Positions 50,902 through 60,623 of a stretch of DNA of 64,000 nucleotides are shown piece by piece; within the stretch, counting starts at the first letter, position 1, and each line of letters opens with the position of its first letter. The DNA lies in contig CBDFIQ010000002.1 in NCBI GenBank assembly GCA_965248195.1, forward strand, positions 2,240,001 through 2,304,000, written 5' to 3'. The position numbers and the translations under genes are program-made. This DNA comes from Longimicrobiales bacterium (lineage in GTDB: Bacteria > Gemmatimonadota > Gemmatimonadetes > Longimicrobiales > Gaopeijiaceae). Below the pieces are notes generated by a model that saw only the letters and a program-made list of their open reading frames with translations, was not told where the DNA came from and did no database searches.

Positions 50902-51711
50902 CTATCCGGTGGATCCCGATTCGAGCCTGGGGTGATGACGGACTTCCGGAAATTCGTACACGATGATCCCCTCATTCGTGACGTCCGATCGGACGCGCAG
51001 GCCATCGTCCATCCCATCCAAGACCCCCTCGGCCGCCGAGAGCGACAGATCCAGCGAGGCCGCGACCTCCGTCACCGTCAACGTTCCACCCGTTTCGGTG
51101 GCGAGAAGTAGCACCCGCCGTTGAAGCCGGGTCATGAGCGCCTGCCGCCGGGCCTGACGTGCCTTGAGTCCCCACCAGATCGTTGCGGTACCGGCAGCCC
51201 CAACCACACTTCCGATTGCGATCGCCTCAATAGCGAACTGGACCACGCCGATCGAGATTAGGAGGGCCGCGAAAAGCACCATCGCGACGCCCAGTACCCG
51301 GCGCCCGACGCCCCGTCTCGGGAGATCGTCGGCTCCGACTCGGGCACCGCGGCCGACTAGATCTGTGCCCGCTGACCCCGTAAAGGCCGGGTGGCCGGCG
51401 AAACCCGGCCCCGGAATCCGGGCCCTCGCCCACCCCAAGCCACACTGCGCACAAATTCGATGCTTTCGCCGAGCGAAATAATAAGCAAAGCCGCCAAGCC
51501 CATAGGTGAAAACGGAGATCCCGATGAGCAACCCCATGTGACCAGGCCGCTGAAAGTACCTTACTCCGGTCCCGACGTGGCCGCATCGCGGGCAACTTCG
51601 GAGGTCGACGCCCATGGGCCTCATGACCGGCTGAGCGAAAGCCACCGCCCCGCACGTGGGGCAGGTGCTTTCGTGCTCCGTCAAATACTCACCGCAGGTC
51701 GTACAGCGCAT
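50902..51711 (-). CDS. Zinc-ribbon / LITAF-like / TM / winged-helix membrane protein
   Basis: CTTC..CPTC, then CPRC-hydrophobic-HRICAQC, a TM hairpin and C-terminal GGTLTVTEVAASLDLSLSAAEGVL..GIIVYEF. Confidence 0.7.
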   Translation of the reverse strand: MRCTTCGEYLTEHESTCPTCGAVAFAQPVMRPMGVDLRSCPRCGHVGTGVRYFQRPGHMGLLIGISVFTYGLGGFAYYFARRKHRICAQCGLGWARARIPGPGFAGHPAFTGSAGTDLVGRGARVGADDLPRRGVGRRVLGVAMVLFAALLISIGVVQFAIEAIAIGSVVGAAGTATIWWGLKARQARRQALMTRLQRRVLLLATETGGTLTVTEVAASLDLSLSAAEGVLDGMDDGLRVRSDVTNEGIIVYEFPEVRHHPRLESGSTG

Positions 51712-51755
51712 TTGCCCTCGACGAATGGGTCCTCCCGGAAGTAGACACTCCATAC

Positions 51756-51781
51756 TACGCGTTCGTTCCGGAGAAGATTCA
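51756..51781 (-). promoter_or_regulatory. Candidate SigW-type ECF promoter
   Basis: Minus strand TGAATC-N16-CGTA (TGAATCTT...CGTAG) upstream of the zinc-ribbon gene. Confidence 0.4.
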
Positions 51782-51818
51782 CCTCTCCACACCGTCGTTT
51801 GCCGACGAGCACCCCCGG

Positions 51819-54071
51819 TCAGAACAATCGTACCAACTTCAATCGCAACGCGCTATTCGGTGACACCAGGCCTCCGCTGAGGCCGGAAAGACCGACGGCC
51901 ATACCCCCGTCCCCGGTCCCGATGAGGAAATACGCGCCGGAAGAAGACCAAAGGCGCCCCTGGTCCGAGAAATCACCCGAGTCATGCACCGTGGGGGTCG
52001 AAGGGAACCCATCTCCACCCATTGCAAGAGCCTCCATCAGGTCGAAACCAAGGAAGAGAAGCTCACTGCGAAGGGGTAGGGCCCCTCGCACCGAGACCTG
52101 CCGCTCGAGCTCGAGCGCAGCACTCCAATCGGAAAAGAGATCGGCCCAGGCCCGACCCGTGACCGCCTCGACGTTGACCGTGCCCGTCGCGGTGGTGCCA
52201 GTCAATAAACGCAGCACGTTGTCGGTCCCAGCCTGTCCCCTCAGATATTCGACGAAGAGCCAAGCGGCACCACGCTCCGCCAGGCTGCCCTCCCCCGCGG
52301 AGAAAAGGAGGCTTACCTCGGATGGCTCTGTGAGAAAGAGGCTGGCGCGCCTCCGGTTTCCTCTCTGGTATTCGTCTGCCTGGCCCACTCTCCCTCGCCT
52401 TCGAAGTTCCTCTCCCACAAGGTCTTCAGCCATGTGAGCCAGTCCCTCCGAGAGCCAAACGGCCTCCCTATTCGAGGCCTCTTGCTCGATGAGCCTCTCA
52501 TTGTGATGGATCATGTGCTGAAATTCATGAGCAAGAACGGAAGGCACCGTGCTTCGCACCATTTCGGCATCCCATGCGTTTCCGTGTGCGCCCGTTGGAT
52601 CGGGAACGAAAACATAGAAGACCTCGCCCGCGTTGCTGTGCGCCAGTCCCGGCAACAGATCCAGCCCGAAGAAGAACCCTCCAATGAAATCGCTCGAACC
52701 GGGCGGCGACAATCGATTCACGCCCGGCGTGAAGAGGATGATGACACGACCGTTCCCATCCAAATCCGAGGGAAATCCAAAGGCCCCGGTGACCACCGGG
52801 TAGATGGGATCGTCGAAGAGGCCGGTGAAGAGTTCGACATTCTCTGGAGAGAGACTGAGCGCCGCGGTGATGTCTTCATACACGATGGCGCGCTCGGAGA
52901 CTAAGCGGACCCTGGCCGTAACCTGGTCGAATTCGCCATCGGCTCGCACCACGTCGAAATCCCTGAGATCACCGATGAAGGGGACCGCTCCAGCAGCGGG
53001 TCGATCCGCTCGCCCTCCGGTGGAAGCGGCGGCCCGGAGAGCGTCCTCTCGCTCCCGAAGAAAAAGGTCCCACTCGGCCTGCGCTGTGTTAAACGACCGC
53101 GCGCCTACGGTAATCGTGTCGCCTTCCCATGCCCGGGGCGATCGAGGCGTGACGACCCGCCGTGTGATATGGTCAGCAGGGCGGGCCCGAGGAGCACGAT
53201 CCGACCTAACCGCGACGAGGGTAGGGGCGGCCGGCCGAAGTCCCGTGAACGTGTAATCGAACCGAGCCGCCCCGATGGTAGCCCCGGACTGCACCACGGC
53301 GAGAAAATCCTGCGGCCCACCCGAGCCCACTTTTAGGCAGGCCGGTAGGTCCTGCGCCGAAAGCGTGGTGTCGGCCCCGAGCTCCAAGTTCAGGACGCCT
53401 CCCGACGCCGTCACGCTCAGTGGGAGTGAGGCGCTGGCCTCTCCACCAAGTTGCACCGACACGTCCACGGAGCGGGTGGGGAAGCACGGAGGCACAATGA
53501 CCTCGAGGCGGATGGCGTCTCCAGCAATCACCCGGCCAGGGATCCCAGAGAAGAGAACCACATTGTGGGCGGCGATCGCGCTGAAGTTCGTGCCGCTGAG
53601 TGTGATAACGTCGCCCGCGTTCACGGTGGCGGAAGAAAGCGCACCCAGGGTGGGGGGAAGCACCGCCCACGCCTCGAAGTCGACGGATTCTTCAGGGCGA
53701 TCTCGAATCGATGCCCGGACGACGTACCTCCCCAGGTCACTCCCGAGCCGAAGTCGCACCCTGGCCAACCCAGCAGAGTCGCTCGAGCTGGTCCGAGGGG
53801 TGAGTAGTGCACCCGGGGGCCCCGAAGCGATCTCCCAATCCACGAGAATCCCATCGGCGGGAAGGTCTCCATCCTCCGTCCGAACCGCCACCGTCAGCGA
53901 ATCGATCAAAAACTGCAACGGCGGGCCGAACTGACCCTCGCCTGTTACCGCAGTCAGCGTGATTTCCGTCGGGGAAGGCTCTGCGGGCCCACGTCTGAGG
54001 CATGTCGCCGGGGTAAGGGCAACGAGAGCGGCGAGTCCCGAGAGGACACGCCGCCGGAGCCGCAAGGTCAC
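51819..54071 (-). CDS. Secreted Zn metallopeptidase (HEXXH, M30-like) with Ig-like and IPT/TIG domains
   Basis: Signal/lipoprotein N-terminus, Big-like domain, IPT (GDVITLSGTNFS), DLDGNGRV, AHEFQHMIH, WLSEGLAH. Confidence 0.8.
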   Translation of the reverse strand: MTLRLRRRVLSGLAALVALTPATCLRRGPAEPSPTEITLTAVTGEGQFGPPLQFLIDSLTVAVRTEDGDLPADGILVDWEIASGPPGALLTPRTSSSDSAGLARVRLRLGSDLGRYVVRASIRDRPEESVDFEAWAVLPPTLGALSSATVNAGDVITLSGTNFSAIAAHNVVLFSGIPGRVIAGDAIRLEVIVPPCFPTRSVDVSVQLGGEASASLPLSVTASGGVLNLELGADTTLSAQDLPACLKVGSGGPQDFLAVVQSGATIGAARFDYTFTGLRPAAPTLVAVRSDRAPRARPADHITRRVVTPRSPRAWEGDTITVGARSFNTAQAEWDLFLREREDALRAAASTGGRADRPAAGAVPFIGDLRDFDVVRADGEFDQVTARVRLVSERAIVYEDITAALSLSPENVELFTGLFDDPIYPVVTGAFGFPSDLDGNGRVIILFTPGVNRLSPPGSSDFIGGFFFGLDLLPGLAHSNAGEVFYVFVPDPTGAHGNAWDAEMVRSTVPSVLAHEFQHMIHHNERLIEQEASNREAVWLSEGLAHMAEDLVGEELRRRGRVGQADEYQRGNRRRASLFLTEPSEVSLLFSAGEGSLAERGAAWLFVEYLRGQAGTDNVLRLLTGTTATGTVNVEAVTGRAWADLFSDWSAALELERQVSVRGALPLRSELLFLGFDLMEALAMGGDGFPSTPTVHDSGDFSDQGRLWSSSGAYFLIGTGDGGMAVGLSGLSGGLVSPNSALRLKLVRLF

Positions 54072-54072
54072 G

Positions 54073-54460
54073 AGAGGCCTGTTGAAGGAGTTCAGTGGGC
54101 CGCGTTGGGGATGCCACGGCCCCAGGTCCTAGGCGGAGCGACGACGCCATAGCCGTAGCTACGGCTAGGAGCTCCAACAACGGGGGCACCGCGCGAAGCG
54201 TGGTCGGGGCCGTGCCACCCCAACCCTTCAGCGTGTAAGGTCATGCCATTCATGTTCGTGGGCACAGGGCGGTTGTGCGGTTGATCCTGCGTCTCTCCTC
54301 CTCGCCGTAGCGTTGCTACGCCTCGTCGTCGTTCGTTCTTCGCCTTCGGCTCAGGTGCCGCGAAAACCAATGTCGATCGCCGAACATCACGTCCGCGACG
54401 TTGTCTGAACGCGCACAAGCGCCCTGTGCGCGACCCGCTGTACTCCTTCAATAGGCCTCT
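54073..54460 (-). mobile_element. MITE-like non-coding element, copy 3 (388 bp, inverted)
   Basis: 23-bp TIR with 2 mismatches (AGAGGCCTGTTGAAGGAGTTCAG / CTGTACTCCTTCAATAGGCCTCT); carries the copy 2 hairpin plus a 66-bp insert at 54335-54400. Confidence 0.85.
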
Positions 54461-55478
54461 ATGGGATTCTATCGAGAGAAAGCAACTCGAGAATCGGACT
54501 GCCCGTGAGCCGCGCGGACCCGGTCCGTACGCGCCCAACGACCCGAATGCGCTCCAGCGGGCTGAGGCCCTGAGCCTCCTGCAGCCGCTCCGGCGGTATG
54601 GCTACATAAACGAATCCCTGATCGCCGTCCCCCATCCTCGTCAAAAGAAAAGGTTCGTCTGGATAGAAGTCCGCTCGGATCTCCTCAGCCCGTTCCAGTG
54701 AAATGAACTGAAGGTCCCACTGGAGTACCTCGCCGCGGTAATCGTCCGGTGCGGCCGCCAGGCTTTCGAGGGTCACGTCGGTGCGGATGGACGCCTCGAC
54801 GCCCCCGTCTGAGCCCTGAGGAAGCCATATCCACCCCTCCAAACGAACTCTGGCCCAGTTCCCCTCCCTAGCCAGGACTCGAAGATTCGTGCTCGGAGCC
54901 GAAACGGCCAGCGTGTCTCCGTCAGGGGCGCTGAGAATCGGAGCCTCGACCGAGCCACCTAGAGCCCATTCCTCGGCATCGGCCACGCTGGAGGGAACCG
55001 TGAGGCTGGACCGTTCCACGGAACCGGCTGAAGTATTCGAGCCGAACAAAACGACCGATCTTCTCCACACCCAGACTTCCCGACGCACCCGAGCCCAGCC
55101 GGGAACACGCTCGAGGGTCTCGAGAAGCACGCCCGGCTCCAGGCGGCCGAGGATCTCTCCCCCAGGCGTGCCTCGCAGGTTCTCGCCGCTGTCGGCCGAG
55201 AGGACCAGGTCAAACCTTCCGCGTTCGACCGCCCGAAGCGATCGAGTCCAGACCCATCCCTCGAGATCGAACTTGAGCCAGTCATCTGTCGCCTCGAGCA
55301 CTTCCAGACTCATGCCGGCCCGAAGCTGCCCCAGTAGTGTCCCGTTCTGCTGCGCACGGAAATTTTCCTCTTTCGTCAACGTCGCGGACTGGCCCTCAAC
55401 GAACTCGGCGAGGGCGCATAGGGGAAAGAGAATGCACAGGACCCAAGGAATCCGCAGACGCCGGGAACAGACAATCAT
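54459..55478 (-). CDS. Exported protein with three bacterial SH3-like repeats
   Basis: Signal peptide; three units ending WLKFDLEGWVW / WARVRREVWVW / WARVRLEGWIW; C-terminal OB-like domain. Confidence 0.75.
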   Translation of the reverse strand: MIVCSRRLRIPWVLCILFPLCALAEFVEGQSATLTKEENFRAQQNGTLLGQLRAGMSLEVLEATDDWLKFDLEGWVWTRSLRAVERGRFDLVLSADSGENLRGTPGGEILGRLEPGVLLETLERVPGWARVRREVWVWRRSVVLFGSNTSAGSVERSSLTVPSSVADAEEWALGGSVEAPILSAPDGDTLAVSAPSTNLRVLAREGNWARVRLEGWIWLPQGSDGGVEASIRTDVTLESLAAAPDDYRGEVLQWDLQFISLERAEEIRADFYPDEPFLLTRMGDGDQGFVYVAIPPERLQEAQGLSPLERIRVVGRVRTGSARLTGSPILELLSLDRIP

Positions 55479-55615
55479 TTTACTGAAACGATCCTCGACA
55501 GACGGTGTTGAAAGGACGATGCGGCCCGTAAAGTACGCGGCCGCTCGCTTTGACGAATGTGTTCAGGCAGGTGCCGGTCGTCAATTCCCCGTAACCGGAT
55601 TTTGCACACGCTTCC

Positions 55616-56317
55616 ATGCCCCACCCGAGACTCTTCACACCGCTGGTTCTGTTTCTCATCGCAGTCACGCGCTCCACTGCCGCCGGCCAGAACATTCCCT
55701 CCCCGTACACGTTCATCGAATATTCACAAGCATGGGCTGTGTTCGGAGGGAAGAGCTACCTCAATCCCGGCCAACTCGGGCTAGGCCCGCAGGACGCCGC
55801 CACGTACGGTGGACGCTACACCGTCGCTTTCGGCGGCGCCTTGAATTTGGACGTCGACGGCACATTGTTCCCTACCACACGGGATGTCCTCGATGTGTCG
55901 AGGCCGGTGGATGACCGCTCCCTCGGCAGGACCAACCTCAACATCGTCCTATTCGACCTCAAGCTTCGCATCAACCTAACGGGTCAGCGGGCATGGCATG
56001 GGCTCCAGCCTTTCATCATGTTCGGGGGAGGGTTGGCCCTCCCCGTAGCCACAGACCGCACCCTGGAGCTCGACTTGGACATGCCCAGGGACGAATGGTA
56101 TGAGTTCGGCAAGCGCTTTACCGGTTCCTTTGGCGGAGGCGCAAATTTTCACGTTTCCGACAAAATTTCCATCCGTCTGGACGGCGTGATGAACCTGTGG
56201 AAGATCATAACTCCAGTGGGATGGCAAACGGTCGCCGCCGACCCCCTCGGCGAAAATCTCGCCGGTGAATGGATCGCCATAAAAAACATCAGGGTCGGGG
56301 CCGCCTGGCGCTTTTGA
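55616..56317 (+). CDS. Outer-membrane beta-barrel protein
   Basis: Signal peptide, alternating beta strands, terminal aromatic motif GAAWRF. Confidence 0.7.
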   Translation: MPHPRLFTPLVLFLIAVTRSTAAGQNIPSPYTFIEYSQAWAVFGGKSYLNPGQLGLGPQDAATYGGRYTVAFGGALNLDVDGTLFPTTRDVLDVSRPVDDRSLGRTNLNIVLFDLKLRINLTGQRAWHGLQPFIMFGGGLALPVATDRTLELDLDMPRDEWYEFGKRFTGSFGGGANFHVSDKISIRLDGVMNLWKIITPVGWQTVAADPLGENLAGEWIAIKNIRVGAAWRF

Positions 56318-56322
56318 GACGA

Positions 56323-57639
56323 ATGCCGGAATTCGAGTCTAGAACCGGGGATTGGCTTTCGTTCGACGAGGCCCGCGAACGTGTTCTCAACCTCCTCTCC
56401 CCCCTCCCCCCCGAGATCGTACCGCTCGAAGAGGCGCTCGGTCGCGCGCTGAGCCACGACGTCCTGGCACCCACGCAACTTCCTCCTTGGGACAACAGCG
56501 CCATGGACGGATATGCCGTCCGGGGGGACGACGTTGCTGGAGCCGCGAAGGACCACCCCGTCGTCCTCGCGGTCACCGGCGTGATCCATGCGGGAAAGCG
56601 CTTCGAAGGAGCCGTCGGCCCGGGCGAGGCCGTGAGAATCATGACGGGCGCCGAGGTCCCGAGCGGCGCCGACACCGTGGTTCGTGTGGAGGACACGGAT
56701 CGCGAAGAGACGGATGGCGGAAGCCTTCGGATCTACTCTGAGCGTGATCGAGGTCGCCATGTTCGACCGGCCGGTCAGGATTGGCCCGAGGGTGCCATCG
56801 CCCTAACCACCGGCACCGGCATCGGTCCCGGGCAGATCGCCGTACTGGCTGCGACCCGCGTATCGATGGTGTCGGTGCACCGCCGACCCACCGTCGCCAT
56901 TCTGGCGAGCGGCAATGAACTCGTCGACCTCGATCGCGCGTCGCTCGACCGCCACCAAATCCCAGAAAGTAATAGTCACTTCGCGTCCGCGGGCGTTCGG
57001 GCGGCGGGCGGGACGCCGATGCGCCTGGGCATCGCAAGGGATGACCGGGCCGACATACAGGACCATCTCGCCAGAGCTGCGGACGCCGACGTGCTCGTGA
57101 CCCTGGGCGGGGCCTCGATGGGAGAGGGAGATCTCTTTAAGACTGTTCTCGAGCACCTCGGCCTTGAGCTGGAATTCTGGCGAGTCAAGATCCGGCCCGG
57201 GAGCCCGATGAGCTTCGGGCATCTGCCCAGGGAGGGCCGCAGCAGCCAGGCGGTTTTCGGACTCCCGGGCAACCCAGCCTCCGCGTTCGTGACCTTCGAG
57301 TTGTTCGTCCGACCCTTCCTGCTAGCGCTCGCGGGCCACATCAGGCTCCACCGGCCGACGATCTCGGCGCTGGCGGCTGAAAATCTTACCACGGCGGAGG
57401 ACCTCACCGGATTTCTGCGTGTGCGTCTGAGCGGATCGGGTGCAGGGATGGAGGCCTCGCTCACTGGTCCGCAAGGCTCTGGGCTCGTCGGAAGTCTTGG
57501 AGCGGCACACGGGTTGGCGATCATCCCGGAGGGGGTGAAGGCGATTCCCCGTGGAGCGCCGGTTGCGGTGATGCTCCTCGACGATCCCCGTGGGACCCCC
57601 TCCACCGTGGCGGACCTGAGCCCAGGGACTGCGGGATGA
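56323..57639 (+). CDS. moeA: Molybdopterin molybdenumtransferase
   Basis: PPWDNSAMDGYAV, RIMTGA, GNEL, GGASMG, RPG, GLPGNPAS. Confidence 0.95.
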   Translation: MPEFESRTGDWLSFDEARERVLNLLSPLPPEIVPLEEALGRALSHDVLAPTQLPPWDNSAMDGYAVRGDDVAGAAKDHPVVLAVTGVIHAGKRFEGAVGPGEAVRIMTGAEVPSGADTVVRVEDTDREETDGGSLRIYSERDRGRHVRPAGQDWPEGAIALTTGTGIGPGQIAVLAATRVSMVSVHRRPTVAILASGNELVDLDRASLDRHQIPESNSHFASAGVRAAGGTPMRLGIARDDRADIQDHLARAADADVLVTLGGASMGEGDLFKTVLEHLGLELEFWRVKIRPGSPMSFGHLPREGRSSQAVFGLPGNPASAFVTFELFVRPFLLALAGHIRLHRPTISALAAENLTTAEDLTGFLRVRLSGSGAGMEASLTGPQGSGLVGSLGAAHGLAIIPEGVKAIPRGAPVAVMLLDDPRGTPSTVADLSPGTAG

Positions 57640-58088
57640 TCCGCTTCTCCGGGCGAATGCTCGCCGCGACGACGGTGCTCGGAATGTTGGGATGTGGGCT
57701 TCCGCAATGGCCGGTCGAGGGACGCATCATCGCGCCATTCGGAGTCCGATGGCAGAGCAGTGGCCCCATCATCCATAGGGGTGTCGATATCGACGTGCCT
57801 ACCGGCACACCCGTGTACGCCATGTCGAGCGGAGAAGTAAGCTTCGCTGGCACCATGAGGGACTTCGGACTCGTGGTCTGGGTCGACCACGGAGACGCGA
57901 TTCTAACCGTTTACGCGCACCTTTCCGAGATTCTGGTGGTCGAGGGCCAGGCCGTCACGAGAGATGAGAGCCTTGGGCTCAGCGGGGAGTCGGGGAACGC
58001 CACCGGACCGCATCTGCACTTCGAGGTCCGGGGTCGCGGCCACCAGGTGGACCCCGTCGCGATGCTTGGAGGCCCTCCGGAGCAGTGA
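57636..58088 (+). CDS. Small M23 family peptidase (probable lipoprotein)
   Basis: LGC lipobox, HRGVD (HxxxD), YAHL, ATGPHLHFEV. Confidence 0.88.
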   Translation: MIRFSGRMLAATTVLGMLGCGLPQWPVEGRIIAPFGVRWQSSGPIIHRGVDIDVPTGTPVYAMSSGEVSFAGTMRDFGLVVWVDHGDAILTVYAHLSEILVVEGQAVTRDESLGLSGESGNATGPHLHFEVRGRGHQVDPVAMLGGPPEQ

Positions 58089-58129
58089 CTAACGGACGCC
58101 GACAGCCAGTAAACGACGACCCTCTGAGC

Positions 58130-59116
58130 CTACTCCTCGGCGCGTAAGGCCGCGATCTCCGCTGTGAGCCTCGGGAGGACTTCGAACGCGTCGCCCACGA
58201 TACCGTAATCCGCTACCGAGAAGATCGGAGCGTCGGGATCCTTGTTTATGGCCACGATCGTTTGAGAAGTTCTCATTCCGGTGAGGTGCTGGATAGCACC
58301 CGAAATACCGACGGCAAAATAGAGTTTCGGTGCGACGGTCTTGCCCGTCTGACCCACCTCTTCGCTGTGAGGCCGCCATCCCGCGTCCACGACGGGCCTC
58401 GAAGCGCCCAACGCGGTACCGGGGCCTAGAGCGTGCTGCAGATCCTCGAGGAGGCTCCAATGCTCCGGCCCCTTCATGCCCCGTCCACCCGACACGATCA
58501 CGCTGGCTTCCGACATGTCGACCGACCCGCTCTCGGCGGCCTGAAAGTCCACGATCCGTGTCCGAACGGAGTCAGGAATGGCCGCGCGGAAAGTTTCGGT
58601 CCGTCCCTCCGCCTGAGATCCGTTGGTACCGAAAGCGTTGGGCCTCAAGGAGAGGACGGCTGGAGACGCATCGAACCCGACCCGAGCGATCGCCTTACCG
58701 CTGTAGATAGGCCGTAAGGCCACGAGCACGCCGCCGTCCACCTCCAGACGCGTGACGTCGGAGGCGAGGGGGGCATCGATCAGAGCCGCCACACGGGGCG
58801 CGAGGTCCTTGCCCAGCGCCGTCGCCGCGAAAAGCACGGCCGTGTAGTCGTGTGAACCGACTGCCTCCGCGATGACCGCGGCATGAATCTCCGGCACATA
58901 ACCCTCCAGTGCGAGGTCCTCGCCGACGCGCACCACATCTGCTCCGAAGCCCCCCAGGTCACCGGCATGCTCTCCGACCCCGGCTCCACCCAGGACCAGC
59001 GCATGGGCCGAGCCTCCGAGCCCCCTGGAGACCACGGCGGCCGCCGTAACCACCTCGTTGGCAACGGGACGGATCTTCCCATCTCTTTGCTCGGCAATGG
59101 CGAGCACGTCGCCCAT
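58130..59116 (-). CDS. etfA: Electron transfer flavoprotein alpha subunit
   Basis: VIVSGGRG, GASRPVVDAGW, VGQTGKTV, GISGAIQH, AINKDPDAPIF. Confidence 0.95.
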   Translation of the reverse strand: MGDVLAIAEQRDGKIRPVANEVVTAAAVVSRGLGGSAHALVLGGAGVGEHAGDLGGFGADVVRVGEDLALEGYVPEIHAAVIAEAVGSHDYTAVLFAATALGKDLAPRVAALIDAPLASDVTRLEVDGGVLVALRPIYSGKAIARVGFDASPAVLSLRPNAFGTNGSQAEGRTETFRAAIPDSVRTRIVDFQAAESGSVDMSEASVIVSGGRGMKGPEHWSLLEDLQHALGPGTALGASRPVVDAGWRPHSEEVGQTGKTVAPKLYFAVGISGAIQHLTGMRTSQTIVAINKDPDAPIFSVADYGIVGDAFEVLPRLTAEIAALRAEE

Positions 59117-59134
59117 GTCACCCTTCTCGTGTCA

Positions 59135-59896
59135 TCAGAGGACGTTCGCTTCGTCACGAAGGAGCTGCACCAATTCGGGCACGGCCTCAGCCCCTTCGCC
59201 GATGATCCGCCCATCGGCTCGCTCCGGTGGATAGTCGAGCCGCTCGACTGTTAACCGGGCCACCGGAAGATCGGCGTCCTTCACTTCGAGCGGTTTCCGC
59301 TTGGCGGCCATAATCCCCTTGAGCGAGGGGTACCGTAGCTCGAACGCTCCCTTCGTGACGGTCACGACCGCCGGAAGATCCAGCTCCACCACCTCGGTGC
59401 CCCCCTCCACGTCTCGATCACACCGTATCACGCCCTCGTCCACCACGAAGCTCGCAACGTTGGACGCGCACGGGCGACCAAGCAGCGTCGCCACTATCAG
59501 GCCGACCTGCTGTTGATCGTGGTCTCCGGCCTTCACGCCGAAGAGCACGAGCTGCTCCTCTCGGGTCTCGAGCTCCGTCGCCAGAGCCTTGGCCGTGGCG
59601 AGCCCGTCCATCGTGACGGCCCCCTGGACTCGCAGCAGTACCGCAGCATCCGCCCCGGCCGCAAGAGCCGCTCGGAGCGTCTCCAGGGAATCCTCGTCAC
59701 CGAGGGTGATGACGGTGACCTGGCCCTCCGCTCTCGCCTCGGTGGTGCGGAAGGCGGCCTCGAGCGCGAGCTCGTCATACGGGCTCACGATGTACTTGAC
59801 CCCTTCGGGCTGGATCACCGTGGCGCCATCGGAAAAGCGGACGTGCGTCTCGGTATCCGGAACCCGCTTTATGCAGACGATGATATCCAAGCTCAC
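59135..59896 (-). CDS. etfB: Electron transfer flavoprotein beta subunit
   Basis: IVCIKRVPD, SPYDELALE, RYPSLKGIMAAKRKP. Confidence 0.95.
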   Translation of the reverse strand: MSLDIIVCIKRVPDTETHVRFSDGATVIQPEGVKYIVSPYDELALEAAFRTTEARAEGQVTVITLGDEDSLETLRAALAAGADAAVLLRVQGAVTMDGLATAKALATELETREEQLVLFGVKAGDHDQQQVGLIVATLLGRPCASNVASFVVDEGVIRCDRDVEGGTEVVELDLPAVVTVTKGAFELRYPSLKGIMAAKRKPLEVKDADLPVARLTVERLDYPPERADGRIIGEGAEAVPELVQLLRDEANVL

Positions 59897-59931
59897 TCAC
59901 TGGCTGCAGTACAACGACTTGGCAAGGAAAT

Positions 59932-60603
59932 CTATGGGGCTGACAAAGGCCCCTCAAGCGGCGCTGACCGGCGCACGCGGGACACAGAGACGTTCCCTCG
60001 AACGGAAAAGTGGAGCGGCCAGTCCTTAGCCCGGCTGACGCCGACGCGGGGAGACACGTCGATCGACCCGGGCGGGATCGACCAGCCGGGAAGAAGCCTC
60101 AGAGGAGGTGACGACAGGTCGTGCCCGTCCAAGGCATCGGTGATTCCGAACGCCTTTCCCGCACGCCCGGGGCCCGAGGCCAAATCCCGCTCGCGACCTC
60201 TCCGAGCTGCCATGACGCCTAAGCCCTCGATCGGTTCCACGGCCCGTAGGAGCACGGCACAGGGGTCACCTATCGCGCCAGTAACCACGTTCAGGCACCA
60301 ATGGACCCCATAGCTCAGGTAGACGTAGGCGGTTCCCGGTGGCCCAAACATGGCGGCGTTACGTCGCGTCCGACCGATACGGGCCGCTGCGTGGGAAGCA
60401 GGATCATCCGGGCCGGTGTAAGCTTCGACTTCGACGATGATGCCTGTCGCTCGTCGACCGTCGACCGTCGACACGAGTCGTGCACCAAGTAGATCAGGGG
60501 CTACGCTCTTCGCGGGACGAGCGAAAAAAGCGCGGTCGAACGTACCCCACCCTGGGGTGCCCCTCCAGAGAGAGGGCGGCAGCACTCCCGGCGAGGTCCC
60601 CAT
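59932..60603 (-). CDS. mpg: 3-methyladenine DNA glycosylase (AAG/MPG family)
   Basis: IVEVEAY, DPASHA, MFGPPG.AYVY..YGVHWCLNVV, GPG, RVGVS. Confidence 0.92.
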   Translation of the reverse strand: MGTSPGVLPPSLWRGTPGWGTFDRAFFARPAKSVAPDLLGARLVSTVDGRRATGIIVEVEAYTGPDDPASHAAARIGRTRRNAAMFGPPGTAYVYLSYGVHWCLNVVTGAIGDPCAVLLRAVEPIEGLGVMAARRGRERDLASGPGRAGKAFGITDALDGHDLSSPPLRLLPGWSIPPGSIDVSPRVGVSRAKDWPLHFSVRGNVSVSRVRRSAPLEGPLSAP

Positions 60604-60623
60604 TTCAGGTGTCCGTGCAGGAC

